The notes beneath the pieces are model-generated. The model searched no databases, had not been told where the DNA came from, and worked only from the letters and a program-made list of their open reading frames with translations. DNA of 63,246 bases, filler included, from Cercozoa sp. M6MM (Eukaryota; Protista; Endomyxa: Ascetosporea), in assembly GCA_040357565.1 (NCBI GenBank). It is 10 parts of 10 records of this genome, joined end to end, with 100 filler letters (N's around TTAATTAATTAA, not from the genome) between each part and the next. Parts side by side here need not be neighbours in the genome. Positions count along the whole stretch, not along the records: positions 1 to 3,629 come from JBDODJ010001377.1; positions 3,730 to 24,207 come from JBDODJ010000199.1; 8 more parts are not named here. One strand, 5' to 3'. The position numbers were made by a program, and so were the translations under genes. Within the stretch, counting starts at the first letter, position 1, and each line of letters opens with the position of its first letter. Shown here piece by piece: positions 1 to 12,900 of this stretch.

Positions 1-94
<94 letters not shown>

Positions 95-149
95 CTGGCA
101 GTGTGTTTAAGTACTGTACGTGTAGTAGAGGGACTGTAGGACTAGACGT

Positions 150-487
150 TACTGTACCAACTGAAGGTAGGAGACATGCCGCGTCCCATAGCCTTGACCA
201 AGGGCACCTTGGGCATCTGCTGCGACGCCTCCTGCACGATAGTCTGCACGTCGGCTCGGGAGCTCGGCTTGTACAGACGGTCTGATGCCAAGTGTACAAT
301 TGTACCGTACAGCACAAACATGTGTGTGTGTGTGTGGTGGCTACAACACTAAGCGTAAGAGCACTGTACCAACGTTGCAGTTCGTCTCCATGCGGAGGTA
401 GGATGACACACTCGCATCCGGCACAAAGGTGACATTGCTGCTGGCGCGTGCCACCGCACACAGCAAGGAACACAGGAGCAGACGCAT
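150..487 (-). CDS. Secreted FAD-linked oxidase (FAD_binding_4, gulonolactone-oxidase-like), 5' part only
   Basis: Signal-peptide-like MRLLLCSLLCAVARA, then a later exon DRLYKPSSRADVQTIVQEA...VKAMGRGMSP resembling the PxxxxxVxxIV...VKAxGxGHS FAD-binding motif. Confidence 0.5.
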
Positions 488-1425
488 TTCTAACTACTTG
501 TACGAATCAGGGTACACTAAACATGGATACACCAGTAATACCACTCGACTGACTCAAGTCTAACCGGGTGGTGTACCTTGACGATTGACGTTGACCTGGC
601 TTCACTTTCCTCGACTCGAACGGTGCGGTGAATTAATACTGCGTACGAATACCGAGGCACTCCTAAACTGAACTGTCCAACTGACAGTCTCACACAGCAC
701 GGTTTCTTCCTCAAACGTTTCCATTCGAAGCCGCGCGCATACGACACATCTACGAGAATGCCGGTAGTCGTCTGTCGCGAAACTACAAAGGCCAAGCACA
801 GAAATGCGAAAAAGCGTCCGCACGTGTGGTGTGAAAATACCAAGCCTCCGCTAGGATGTTTGCGAATATCGGCCTGTGGGCTAATTCTCCCCAATCCGCG
901 GGTACGAGCTTTTCAAACCAATGTGACCCATGATGCACTCGGTCACTCAGAGGGATTATGCAAATACGAAAATGCAGTCGGGTCAGGCCTTAAACAACTG
1001 CGAGCTGATTCCATTCAACTATCAAACCCACATTTCGCCTTTTACTAGATGTGGCTGTGGCTGGGATCGCTGACGCTCGCTCCTTCATTGTAAATTTGTG
1101 CGGTTCCGTCGGAACTTCCTTCTTTTTTTGCACTTTCTTTTGCAAGCTATCTTTCGCCGAAGCGCTTGCTTTTTGACTGCATCAAATGAGACCCATGAAA
1201 CGTCGGGACGGGAGTCTCCACCGTTCGTTGAGGAGGCAGTGCAGTAGCCGAGAGCCTCGTGCTCAGCCACGCATCGTGGCATGGGCGTCACCGAGGTGAA
1301 TTTGCATGTGTTTAAGTGTGTTAAATCAAGTGATGCATGCGTCCACATATCGTGCGTGGACGAGGCTACCGGTGAGTCAGGGCGCACACGACAATAATCG
1401 AATTTTCTTTGGGTCCAGCCGCCGT

Positions 1426-3566
1426 TTACTTGGCCTCGCCGGCACGTCGCTTGCGCTGGTACTCCTCGACAAGATCCTGCTGCACCTGCACGCACACACG
1501 CCAAAAAATACAGGCAAGACAACGCACAGTGACATGGATCAGCGCATACAACTCGTTATTTAATTGTTGCTTGTAATTTGAGAGGAGAGAGAGAGGATAC
1601 GTTGTGCTGCACGGGCTGGTGGTTGAGGTACTCCATCGAGAACTCACCCATGCCCTCCGTCATCGAGCGCAGTTCCGTCGAGTAGCCAAACATATCGGCC
1701 AGCGGCACCACGGCCTGGTCAGACGGTCGATATAGATAGGTAGGTAGGTAGGTAGGCAGGCAGGCAGATAGGCAGGTAGTTAGATTGGTAGGTATATATA
1801 GCTGGATAGACAAGACAGAGCTTACGTAGATGCGGCACGAGTGCTCGTCAGTCTCGGTACCCTACACACACATACACACGGTACAATCCGGGGTGCAGTC
1901 CAAGCAGGACAGGAACATGGTTAAGGGGGAGTGAGCTACCTGCAGCTGCGCGTTGCGACGCGACAGGGCCGAGATGACGGCGCCCTGCTTCTCGGCCGGA
2001 ATGTCGACCTCGACACGCATCATCGGTTGCAGCACCTTTAACAAACACACACAATTAAGGGGGTGCCACTACACTAATAAAGGGGGGGCATTCTAAACTC
2101 TACCTGACCACCGCCCTTCTCGATGCCTTGCTTGAGCGCGCCCTACAGCCACGGAGGTAGGGGTAGGGGGGGGGGGGGGTAAAACCAGCAGGCACCTGCG
2201 TGGCCGCACGGAAGGCCAACTCGGACGAATCGACCTATTACACACATACAGATATATATATATATATATACACTCCCGGTGTAACCCCCCCCCCTTTACC
2301 CCCCAGGTACCTCGTGTGTGACGCCGTCCTCGATGAGGAAGCGCACGCCAATGACACGCGAGCCCGTGAGCGGTCCCTTCTCGAGGCCCTCGACAAAACC
2401 CTTGGCCACGGCACTCACGTACTCGGGCGGAATGTTGTTGCCTACAACGAACATGTGACCAGTCCAACCCTCACTGTAACCAGCCCTCACTTTAACCAGC
2501 CTGCAAAAAGCGTGCTGTACCGACCAGGAGGTTCTCGAACTCGTGCATCGGCGCGTCCGGATCGTCGATCTGTACAACGCAGCCTTAACAAAAAAGAGAT
2601 TCGGCTCAGACTGCGTACCGGCATCGGTTCCAAACGACCCATCACGCGCGCGTACTGACCGGCACCACCCGACTGCTTCCTGCACGGGGGGGGGAAGTAA
2701 TATTAAGCAAAGGGGGATAGGGGATAGGGGGCATAGAGGGTAAGGGGCATGGCGGATAGGGGGTAAAACGCACTTGTGCGTGTAGTCAAAGCTGGCAGGC
2801 GCCGCCAGAGTCTCGCGGTAGTTCACCAACGGCTGACCCACGATGCACTCGACCTGAATCACGGGGGAGAGGGTAAGGGGGTGAAGAGGGGGTAAGGGGA
2901 AGCGACACCTTGTACTCGCGCTTCATGCGCTCGACGTAAATGTCGAGGTGCAGCTCGCCCATGCCGGAGATGCTACAAGCAAGACACACACAGATCAGTA
3001 CCTGGAGGGGGGGTGGTGGCAAGGGTAGTACAGTGTCTGCTCCGTCTCCTTGTCGTAGTCGATACGGAAGGTCGGGTCCTCCTGTACACCGAGGAGTGAG
3101 GGAGTGAGGGGGGGGGGTAAAGAGGTGTGTGTGTGTGTGGGGGGGGGCACCTTGGAGAACTTGTTCAACGCAGCGGCAAAGGCCTTGTTCATGTCGCTCG
3201 ACTTGGGTCGAATCGCGTACGACAGCACTGGCTCCGGAATGTGCATCGACGACAGCGACACCGGCACCGGGTTCTGGGAGAGGGGGTACGGTAGCGTCGG
3301 GGCAGGGTAGGGCATGGGAGGAGGTAGGGAGGCACCTTGTCATCGATGAAGGTGGTGCCGCTGGCGCACTCGACGCCGACCATGGCGACGATGTCACCGG
3401 CCACGGCGTGGTCGACCTCGTGGAAGTCGTTCGAGTTCATCTTGACCAGCTTGGACACGCGCACGCGTCGGCCGCCCTCCACCTGCGGTCGCACGTACTG
3501 GCCCTTCTTCAGCGTGCCCTGGTACACGCGCATCCACGTGCGCTGGCCGAACCTGTCCTCCTCCAA
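1426..3566 (-). CDS. GFM1: Mitochondrial elongation factor G (EF-G1), multi-exon, 5'-truncated
   Basis: Spliced exons give [95 protein letters not shown]; GT-AG introns. Confidence 0.93.
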
Positions 3567-3586
3567 CTGCGGGGGGGGGGGGGGTA

Positions 3587-3629
<43 letters not shown>

Positions 3630-3729
3630 NNNNNNNNNNNNNNNNNNNNNNNNNNNNNNNNNNNNNNNNNNNNTTAATTAATTAANNNNNNNNNNNNNNN
3701 NNNNNNNNNNNNNNNNNNNNNNNNNNNNN
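3630..3729. other. Artificial contig spacer (N44-TTAATTAATTAA-N44). Others at 24208-24307, 32087-32186, 36013-36112, 39666-39765, 41472-41571, 46543-46642, 56610-56709 and 61851-61950
   Basis: Identical 100-nt N-flanked six-frame-stop linker occurs nine times; genes are truncated at many of these points. Confidence 0.98.
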
Positions 3730-4034
3730 GTGGCTCAGAAACTCACAAAACCCACGTGACACCTTCCGACAAGCCCTCGAGCAGGAGCAAAAATCGAGAC
3801 TTGCAAAAAAGTCTGCCGCCCGGACGTTTCTTCACCCACAAGGTGACTAGTGACCTTTTGAGCACAATCATGACCTGTCAACGGTATTTTCTTTGTCATA
3901 AAGCTTCCTAAACCTCTAATCGCGCTCGCGTGAGATGACACATACTTTTTGTGTTTTGAGCTCCCAATTCAACAATGGGCCTCACTGGGTAGCGGGATCG
4001 GGGTCCCAATTCAACAATCCGTCTGCTGGTTGAG
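3730..4034 (-). repeat. Dispersed repeat family X, copy 1 (truncated by contig start)
   Basis: Reverse complement closely matches 19183-19584 apart from a ~100-bp indel; carries a 15-bp direct repeat TCCCAATTCAACAAT at 3962 and 4004. Confidence 0.9.
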
Positions 4035-4269
4035 CTTCCATAGCGCTGTAAACGATTACGTTAAAACGCTGTTTACGGTCTTTACCAGTCAGAGCGCAGA
4101 GTAATTCAGCGACTGATGTGTGGGAAGCGCAAACTGACTGACCGACTGACGTGTGGGAAGCGCAAAATGAAAAGTGAAAAGGAGTGGATCGCAGCAAATT
4201 AAAGCAGCCAATTCCGATTCGACCTTCATTACACGGAGACAAACCGGACGGTGGGTGATCGAGGTTGTG

Positions 4270-5923
4270 TTACGCTTGTTCGAAGGCGCGAACGCGTGAC
4301 TTCACTGTCGTCGTGGCGCCTGTAGCGACAGGTCGTCTTGCGCCCGTACCACTGTGGTTGGAGAGTGCGAGCTGAGCCTTGCGCCGCTGCCATAGGAAGT
4401 TTGAGACGAAGGCAAGCAGCACACCACCCAGAAGGGACAGAGCGACCGCGAGGCCTGTTCGTGTCGAACAAATCAGTTGAGATCTATGATGGTATTTGTC
4501 GACGCAAACGAAAGAGGTCATTTACCAAGGCCAGCCGACGACGTGGCACCACGCGGCAGGTGAAAGCGGCTCTCTGTAAGACAAGTCACCACGCAGAATG
4601 ATAGTGAAGCTCATTATACAGCATGTCCAACTGGAAATATTGGAGCGAAAAACCAGCATCTGGAGCGGACTGAACGGCTTGCGTCGAAACGACGTTTGCG
4701 TTAAACTCGGAAAAATCTAGTTCACCGTCATCGTTTGTATCGAGCATTTTAAAACTATTTTCAAACGACGGACTCATCGCACTTTTGTAGACCATACAGT
4801 TGCGCAAAAATTGTTTTACCTCACATCGACATCAGTTTGAGTGGGTGCGCTGTTCAACGCCAAGAGCACGCTTGTGTACTCGGCTTTCTGTGCGTGTGCG
4901 TGTGCATCTTGTATACAGTATGCTTTCAATCGAGGAGTACAGAGATGCTGAAGGAGTTGTCGGTATCGATGCTGCGGAACATCTCAACGTTGCGTGCGGG
5001 GACATCGCTCAGCTCGACTTGTTTTTCTTCAAACTGAAGGGTCAGATCGCATCTCGGCTCGTGCGTAAATTCAATGCAACCGCAATCCACTGCGTATTCC
5101 GAACACTATGGGTTACGTTGCATAGATAGATATATAGTCATTGATACACTTTGCGCTACAAATGTGAGGTACCAGCTCATCCAGGGCGTTGTCTGTGAGA
5201 GCATTCAGCTTGCCAGCAACGATCCGATGATCCACCGTGACGGATTGACCCCCTGAATTGTAAACGTTTAAAGTAAATTTATGGTAAGAGTACGCACCGT
5301 CTATTTTGCACATCATGTGTGCGCAATAATTACGGAAGTTGAAGGTACCCATGGCAAATGTAACGCTCGGACACATGCTGAAGCCGATCTTGTCTCCTAC
5401 GGAATCTACTTGGGAGTAAAGAAGTCTTTGTCAGGATTTACCCGAGAGCGGCTTGACTTCCAAGAGTCGTGCGCACATCGTCAGACTTGGCAGCGGCCCC
5501 AACTGTACAATAACAACACTTCTGTCTGCTCTTGCGAAGAGGTGTAGCAAAGTCCCCCAAACTTTACGTCTAATCAGTAAATTATGGTTGAATTTTTTAC
5601 CTTGATCGAATGACAAAATGGCCCTCCCAGTTGCTGTGCCCCCATAATCACAAGCTTCGGTCTAAGGAATTTTGATACACGATATCATCTAGCTTCTCAC
5701 TATCCTTGGAGCTGATATGTTTACGGGTAAACAAAAGTTACAGTGTCCATGAGCGATCAACTCTTCCAAGACGGAAGTCCACTCCGACGGAATTGTCGTA
5801 CACAGGGTTCGCATGCACACCAAGTTCGAGGTCGAACTCCCCGTCAAGTCTACCAACGTAATGAAGCAACCATGCACACCTTTCTTCAAAACCACAAGAA
5901 CAAACACGAAGCGTGGTTGCCAT
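4270..5923 (-). CDS. EF-hand pair, single-pass membrane protein (5' end uncertain)
   Basis: Spliced exons FRSIDTDNSFSISKAEY and FKMLDTNDDGELDFSEFN (EF-hand loops), then hydrophobic GLAVALSLLGGVLLAFVSNFLW followed by basic QRRK. Confidence 0.6.
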
Positions 5924-6239
5924 AAATTTACTCGAATGAGAATGTAACGTCGCCGCTGCATGTGTCAATTAGGACGAGAAAGCAAATTTCTGGGACATCA
6001 ATCTAAATTTACAAGGGGTAGTTTGCTGTACGAAGAAAAAATGCAAGGCCAATCTCACGTAAAAGTCGAGAATATTGTCAATCGCGTCAAACTGGAGGGC
6101 AGAGTTCAACTTCTTCATGGCACTCCATGCGTCGCTGCGGGAGGGGTCAGGGGAGGTTTAGGCAATGAGCACAGGGCAAAGGGGGCAGACGGGGAGGGGG
6201 TCAGTCGGAGGGGTTAAGCGATGAGGTGCTTCGGTACCA

Positions 6240-7820
6240 AAACTCGTAGACGCGCTGGGTTCCATGCACATTTAACATTCATTGTTAAAGGACAAATTAG
6301 CCTACTCGTAGATACTTATCTTTTATCCCCCGGCCCTCTTGAATCGATACCTTTCCTTCAAACACGCGGCTGTTGAGAGACATGACGGTACTTTGTCGCT
6401 GAAAGCTACGATGATGTTGTCTGACAGCGAAAGGTCGAAACCTCAATCAACGAAACTTGGGGAGATCCGTTACATCTGGACCCTTTTCTGACTAAATTTA
6501 ATTTCAAGTTAAAACTTAAAACAAAAAAAGAAAAATGCAAAGGGTACCAACAACCCGGGGAAAAGCGAGTTCGGGGTCATTAAAAAATATCCGTAGTAAA
6601 TTTAAATTGACCGCTTGTGCAAGAATCATGCAAGGAGCGGAGGCGAAGCCAGGTTTTGTTCTAATTTTACCTCACCGACTCGCGGCGACTTGAGTTCATA
6701 GTGATAAGTTGAGCTGACTGTCGCTGGACGAAGTGGATTCTGAACCCAGCAAACGCAGTCGGAGCACTGAAGACTGCCGTGATGCCTTGCCATTCACTTC
6801 TTTATCGCTGCTCTTCACAGAAGTATCGGTTTCTGCACTTTCAGTGCCCGCCTTCTCCGCATGTGTGGGAGAAGCCAAGTCAAGTGGCTTCGCTTTCACT
6901 GCAGAAGAATCTGTCTGTCCTGAGTGGGAAAACAGCGAGGACTCTTTTGTGCCTTTGAGGCGAATACGAAATATTGGTTTTCCAGCAGACGGCCCCCAAG
7001 TTGGCATCGGTAAAATCGCAGTTTGCGTTGAGACGTCACTGTGACGCTGGGAGTCGGTTTGCGTGGAAACGCTGACACTTTGACGACCCGGTTTCACTGG
7101 TTTCGCCTTTAACATGAAGGGTGAAACCGCTTGAAGCTGGATTATCCGCGAAGGGACGGCCAGTGGAGTGCCTCTCGTCGCCCGTTGTTGAGGCAAAGAA
7201 CCAACGGCAAGGCCTTCTTGTGCCTTATTCGTCGTGTGGGCCGCTTGTCTTGGTCGCTCATCGGCCTCATCCCCGGCCTCCCTTGAATGCCTCGCGGGCA
7301 TGGAATGAGCTCGGGTGAAACAAAGCTACAGGTAATGTATACACCCATTCCCTAAGCTCGAAAGGGTACAGTAAACCCGAGTTACTTTGGCACGTCTTCG
7401 CTTTCGAACAGCTTTGATGTCATACTGAAGAGGATGATACGAAAAGTTAAGCTCGTTCATTGGACGCTTACGATAATCTAGCGTAAGTGTGATAGGACTT
7501 CAAAAGAATCCTACGAGTACAATACAATGCGATTGTGTGTGGAGGGGGGGGGGGGGCTCGATAAGTTCAATGAAAGGTTTTGGAGAGCAAAAACCTGCAG
7601 GGTGCAAGCCTACTCCGAGGGACCCTGGATGTACCAGGTTTAGTAATTTACAGTACGTCAAGCTCTAGTGTATGATATCGCCGCCTAAAGGACAGTTCAG
7701 TCTTTCGTATCCAAGTTTAACTCAAGGTGGCTTTCGCGCGGAAGCTCTGAACAATTCAGGTAGATCCACTGATCGTTGTCCTTCGGGGAAGTAAACTTAG
7801 TTCAACTTCTCCCTCGGTCA
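6240..7820 (-). CDS. Hypothetical multi-exon protein, Ser-rich
   Basis: Long open exon 6696-7301 plus GT-AG-bounded exon DYRKRPMNELNFSYHPLQYDIKAVRKRRRAK; boundaries approximate. Confidence 0.35.
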
Positions 7821-7964
7821 TTGTTTATTTTATTTGACCCGTTCGGGTCTGGAAATGCGAAGTCAGATTGATTCGGAGTTGCTTCGCATTAAACCAGCCC
7901 TTCTTTCGCTAATTTTTAATAAAACGATCTGTGCGACTGAACAGATAGACACTTACAGTCTGAA

Positions 7965-9410
7965 ATGGCGGACTCTGTGAGCGAAATGTCGGAGTACTCA
8001 TGCACACAGCCCGCGTCGGACCGAGGTGGTGGAGCCACATTTGACAGCGAAGGTCGATGTCACGACACTCACCAAGGTTCGTGCATGGGAGTCTCGCTTT
8101 TGCACGAAAGCGGTCATCGACGCGCGTTTACTGATGTGCTCCATAACTCCGATCTTTGGCTCGCACAGCAGTACCGCATCACAGCGATTGGCAAGTGTTC
8201 CGAGGAGTCATTGCGAGCCGTCCGAGCCGAGCACTCCAAGGTTCTGCAGGCGTCACTGCGCCGGTTCACGCAAGAAATGGAAGCTCTAAAGCGCGAGCAA
8301 CACGAACAACACTCAGCACACGCTGTGCGCAGACAAGCGTTCGCGAGCGCAATGCGCTTCCTGTGCACAAACTCGTACCATTTTTGAGATACTCGATCCC
8401 AGTATCGCAGTGTTCTGTTTCAGTGCAAAGTGTACATGTATGACACAACACCTGTTGTGATTAGAAAAGCTGCGGCGAAATTGAGACAAACGGAGTCAGT
8501 GCGAGTGACACTCGCCGTCGCAACTGCATTGAAGCGTTCCAATGCCATGGCGAAACGCCGAATCGAGAGCATGAAGGGAGGCGCCGTGAACGATGCGAGT
8601 CAGACACCTTCGTTCAAGACACAGACGGCTTCGTTGACGCCATCAATGCCAAGACAACAGCGAGAATCGTTCGGAGCGAGCCCAAGCCAACAGTACTCCT
8701 CAAGCGGGCGCTCTTCCTTCGCAGGTTCGCTGCGCAAGCTGCGCGAACGGTGGCAAGACCGGCCTCCCTTCGACCCGCGGCGTGATCATGTCACGCCTCC
8801 GCCGGCAGAGATACCGTCGCTATCGCCTCTGGTGACACCAAACTTGACGCCACGCGACGACTTGGCAGTGCCGACGCACCCGGTGAGCGTGAGTGGCGCC
8901 ACCGAGCGACAGCTGAGTAGCCTTGAGGCAGAGGTGCAACGACTGCGACACAAGGACCTCTTGTCGCCAATCAACGAGATATCCACGACGGCCTCCATGT
9001 CGTCTGAGTGCTCACGCCGAGACCGGCGTCCGTCCTACGGTGTGGCCATGCACGAAAGTGACCGCCACCCACGCATCAGCCCGCGCGCCAAGACTCCGCC
9101 CTCGTCGCGCTCTTCGTACTACTTCAGCGCTGCTGATGTGCGCGAACAGCACCTCCGCGAGGATGCCGACTTGCTGCTTAGCGATCCGGCAGTCGAAGTC
9201 GTCGATCGACTCATTCGAAGCGGCAGCCAGGTACAGTACTTAAAAAAAAAACTACTCGAGCTTCTATGCAACTGCTGTCTCGCAGCGCTCGCAAGGCACG
9301 CAGTCACAAGAGAGTGCTTCGCCGCCCACATCTGCGGCACCCTTACCACCACAGCGAAGACGATCAAGGCCCACATGGATGGACCGCGCAGAACAAATTC
9401 AGCGACGCTA
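7965..9410 (+). CDS. Hypothetical coiled-coil / low-complexity protein
   Basis: Two long ORFs (7965-8387, 8430-9452) joinable by short introns; a last exon after intron ~9231-9284 ends at TAA ~9410. Confidence 0.5.
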
Positions 9411-9934
9411 AGGCTCTCAAAAGCGGAATGTTTGTTTACCATGCACGAGTAATTTACTGTATCATCAAAACTCACACCCGAAACATCAGACATCAGTACA
9501 ACAGTAGCTCCTACAAAGCTCCCAGCAAACCAAGCGTGCGCCTGCACAGGTCTGCGCCTGTCTGTGGCGACCACTTAAGCACGAGTTGGCACAAAACCGC
9601 GCTCATTTTTGCCAGGTGTGTGGTCAGCTGCCCCAAAGTAGATTTCCGCTTGTGATCCTGTGATCCCTAGGCTGTGCAGCAGCTGCAACAAGTGTTTTGG
9701 TACGATTGCTAAGAGCACTCGCTCACGTGCCGGCCGAGAGCCAGGGAGGTTATTGTACCCCAAAAATAACATCGTTGGGCAGGCTGTGCTGTGTTCGTGG
9801 GCTGGACGCGGCCGGACGATATTGAAGGGTCGATCAGTGCCCACTGGTATCGCGGATAAAGCTGCCCTGGGATTTTCTGATCACTGCTGTCTGTTTCACT
9901 GTTTTATCGACGCATTTGACAGGAAGCCCGAATA

Positions 9935-12900
9935 ATGAATGTCAACGCATTTCGGGTAGTGACTGATTCTGATGTCGCACATTTGACATCAAATATGCGC
10001 GTAGGTTCACTCGGTGTGCCAAGTAGCCCATGAATACACTGGCGAGAGTACCGAAAACACAATGTCGTTGAGACTGACTGACAAGGCATGCCATCCCTGT
10101 GTGTTTCAGTGACTTAACCTATGTGTGTTTTTGTACACTGCAGGTATACGTTATCGACGACAATGGGCATGAGGGTTCTGACGGGTGGACACTGGCTTTG
10201 GTGCCGAACGAAGTCGGCGTGCCGTCGATCGGCTTTGTGCCGGTGTCGCACCTGCGCATGTTGCGGCCAGAGAGTCGCACCTACGGCGAGTTGAAGCGTG
10301 TGTCGCCGCCACCACCAGCGAAGCGAGCAAAGCCGCCTCCACCGCAGCGACGTCCCGAGACGGGAAAGACGCCGCAGTCAACTGCCGCGCAGACCGAGCC
10401 GACGCCAGTCAAAAGCGAGCCGGAAGCTCAAGCACAGCAACAGCAGCAGACTGAAGGGAAAGCCGAAGTGACAGTCAAAACTCCAGTAACTACTGTCGAA
10501 ACTGCTGTCGAAACTACTGTCGAAACTACTGTCGAAACTCCGGCTGAAACTCCAGCCGAAGCCAAAGACGAGACTGTGGCTGACACTGAGGAAGCCATTG
10601 CTGAAACTGGAGTCCAAGCCGAAGAAACTGAAATGAAAGAAGACGAACAAGATGAAGCGACTCTAGACGAGGCGAACACCGCACCGGTGGAACAACAAGA
10701 AGAACCACAAAAGGAACAACAACAAGACGATTCAGAAGTACTCAAAGAGCAAGAAGAAACGGCAACAATGTCGACTGAGGACATTCGTGTTCTCGCTGGC
10801 AGGTGTGTTGCTTTAGTCTTGATCTTCTTTACCCCCATGGTCCTCATTTGTTTTGCGCAGCTGTGTACGCGAGTTGTTGGAGGACCGCGTGGAGCCGCTG
10901 CCGTCGCCAGTGTCATACGACACGGCGAGTCGCCGCAAACGTTCGTCGGCACGTGCCTGCGAACCGGTCGTGCCTGAGGACATTGACGTGGTACACTTCT
11001 TCTTTCTCAATGAGTATAAAGTTCACATGTGCATGTGTATGTGTGTACAGGTGTCGGCCTTCTCTCCACACTTCCGTCACGCGCTGGAAAACCTCGGCAA
11101 CTCGGCCGAAATGGCGCTCGTGGCGGCCAAGTACTTTGAACGCACCGCCAAGATCTTTGATCGCGCTGGTAGCCCTACTCTAACCCCCTACCCTACTTCT
11201 CCTTCTGCCTGCCCTACCTACCTCTACCCCTGCCTGTTCTCCCTCTACCCTTGTGTACACACCAAACCTTAATCGAGAGCAGGCCAGGAACTGCAGCGTG
11301 TGGCCAAATCCATCGAAGAACCGCCGTCTGATGTGTCCACCTCTGTGCGCAATGCCTGTAGCTTCATCCTTCCACGCTTGTACACCTACCCTGTTACTCT
11401 TCCTCATACTGAGCAGTCAAAGCGGTTCGTGCTGTTGATCTGAAGTACTTTTCACTCTCACTATCTGTGTTGTGAACTGTGTTGGTTGTATGATCTCACG
11501 TGTGTGTCACACAGACAAGGTCAGCAGTTAGTGTCCTACGCAGCCTTCATCCGCGAGGTCGTCGTGTCGGAACTGACCAATGATCGCGAGAAACTCATGT
11601 CTGTTCACGATGGCATCAAGAACGTCGTTGCGTCTGCCGAAGCCGCTTCGAAACTCGCCGTTTCGCACCTTCAAAATGTACACGCAAATTCGCGAAACCT
11701 GTGGTGTTTCCTCTGTATTTCTCCCTGTGTCCAGGCGGACACTTCCGCGCGAAAACGTGCCTCGACTCGCGACTCGCTGAAGCACGCCTTCGAGGCCATT
11801 CGGCAGCAAGACGGCGACGGCGGCGATCTTGACCAGACCGCGTGTACAAACATTTAGTCGCATGTGGTCTCACTTAAATATATGTATCGTATGCCACGTG
11901 TTTCTGCAGACGCGTCGTCCTCCAGTGACACGGGCGGCGGTGTGCTCAAGAGTGCCGCCTCGTTGACCAAGAGTGTGCCCAAGTTCCGACGCGACCACAC
12001 GACCGAAGTGCTCAAGGCTCGCGATCGCGTATTTTCTTCTTCATCTGTCTTTCAGTCGAGTTTCTCACCGATTAGAGTTTTTTTTTTGCTTCAGTTGGTG
12101 CAAGCGAGCGAAGCTGCAGCCGAGGCTGCTCGTGTACCTCGCTTCCTCTGTCTCGTATTGCTTTGAACGCGTGCTTCTTTTGCAGGAACGGATAGCCGCA
12201 GTTGACGGTGTGGAAAACACGAATGCGCAACTCGACATTACGCTTGTTCGATGCATTGGTGCGTTGCTTCCACTCGCCCAACCAATCCTTTTGAAACAAT
12301 CATATTTCCGTTTAGAACAATACGGCGTCACCGAGTTGGCACACCGCGAGAACTTTGCCTCAATTCTCGAGAATGCAGTGTCGAGATCACATGGTAGTTT
12401 TAGACTTTCCGCTGCTTTATTGTGATTCACTCATTGTCGGCAGACATTGCGGACCTGCATCGTTCGCAGTTGCAAAGCTGCATCAGTGTTGTTGATCAGA
12501 TTGATCCGGTAGCTTTCCTCTCTGTTAAATGCGTATACGCATTTCGATTGAAACGTCTGTGTGTTTTGATTAGATTGCAGACTTGGTGAATTCGACTTCT
12601 CGAAGATGTTCCTGCACCGTTGACAATACTGAGTGTGTTTGAACACGTAGAGAGCTCTGTGCGAGCCACACCAGAACTCGCTGCAACGAGACGTGTCACG
12701 CGAACCTGCCCAGATCGTATTCCTCTGCATGTTACTCTCTGTGTCTGTGTATGAATGCTTGAGACAGGTCAAGACCTTTGTGAACCCGTCGGAGCGCACG
12801 TTGCGTGCCCGACTGCCGCCGTGTGCCGACGGTCTCGAGCCAGCACTCTGTGCCATCGATGTGCCTGTCCAGGAGGAGGTTGGCGCACTCGAGACAGAAA

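Noticed and set aside
3674-3685. Recurrent TTAATTAATTAA palindrome
   Set aside because: Always centred in N-runs; an artificial contig linker, not biology
3962-4018. 15-bp direct repeats with a 27-bp spacer as a mini-CRISPR
   Set aside because: Only two short repeats, the spacer is conserved in the second copy (19198-19254), the context is eukaryotic and no cas genes are present
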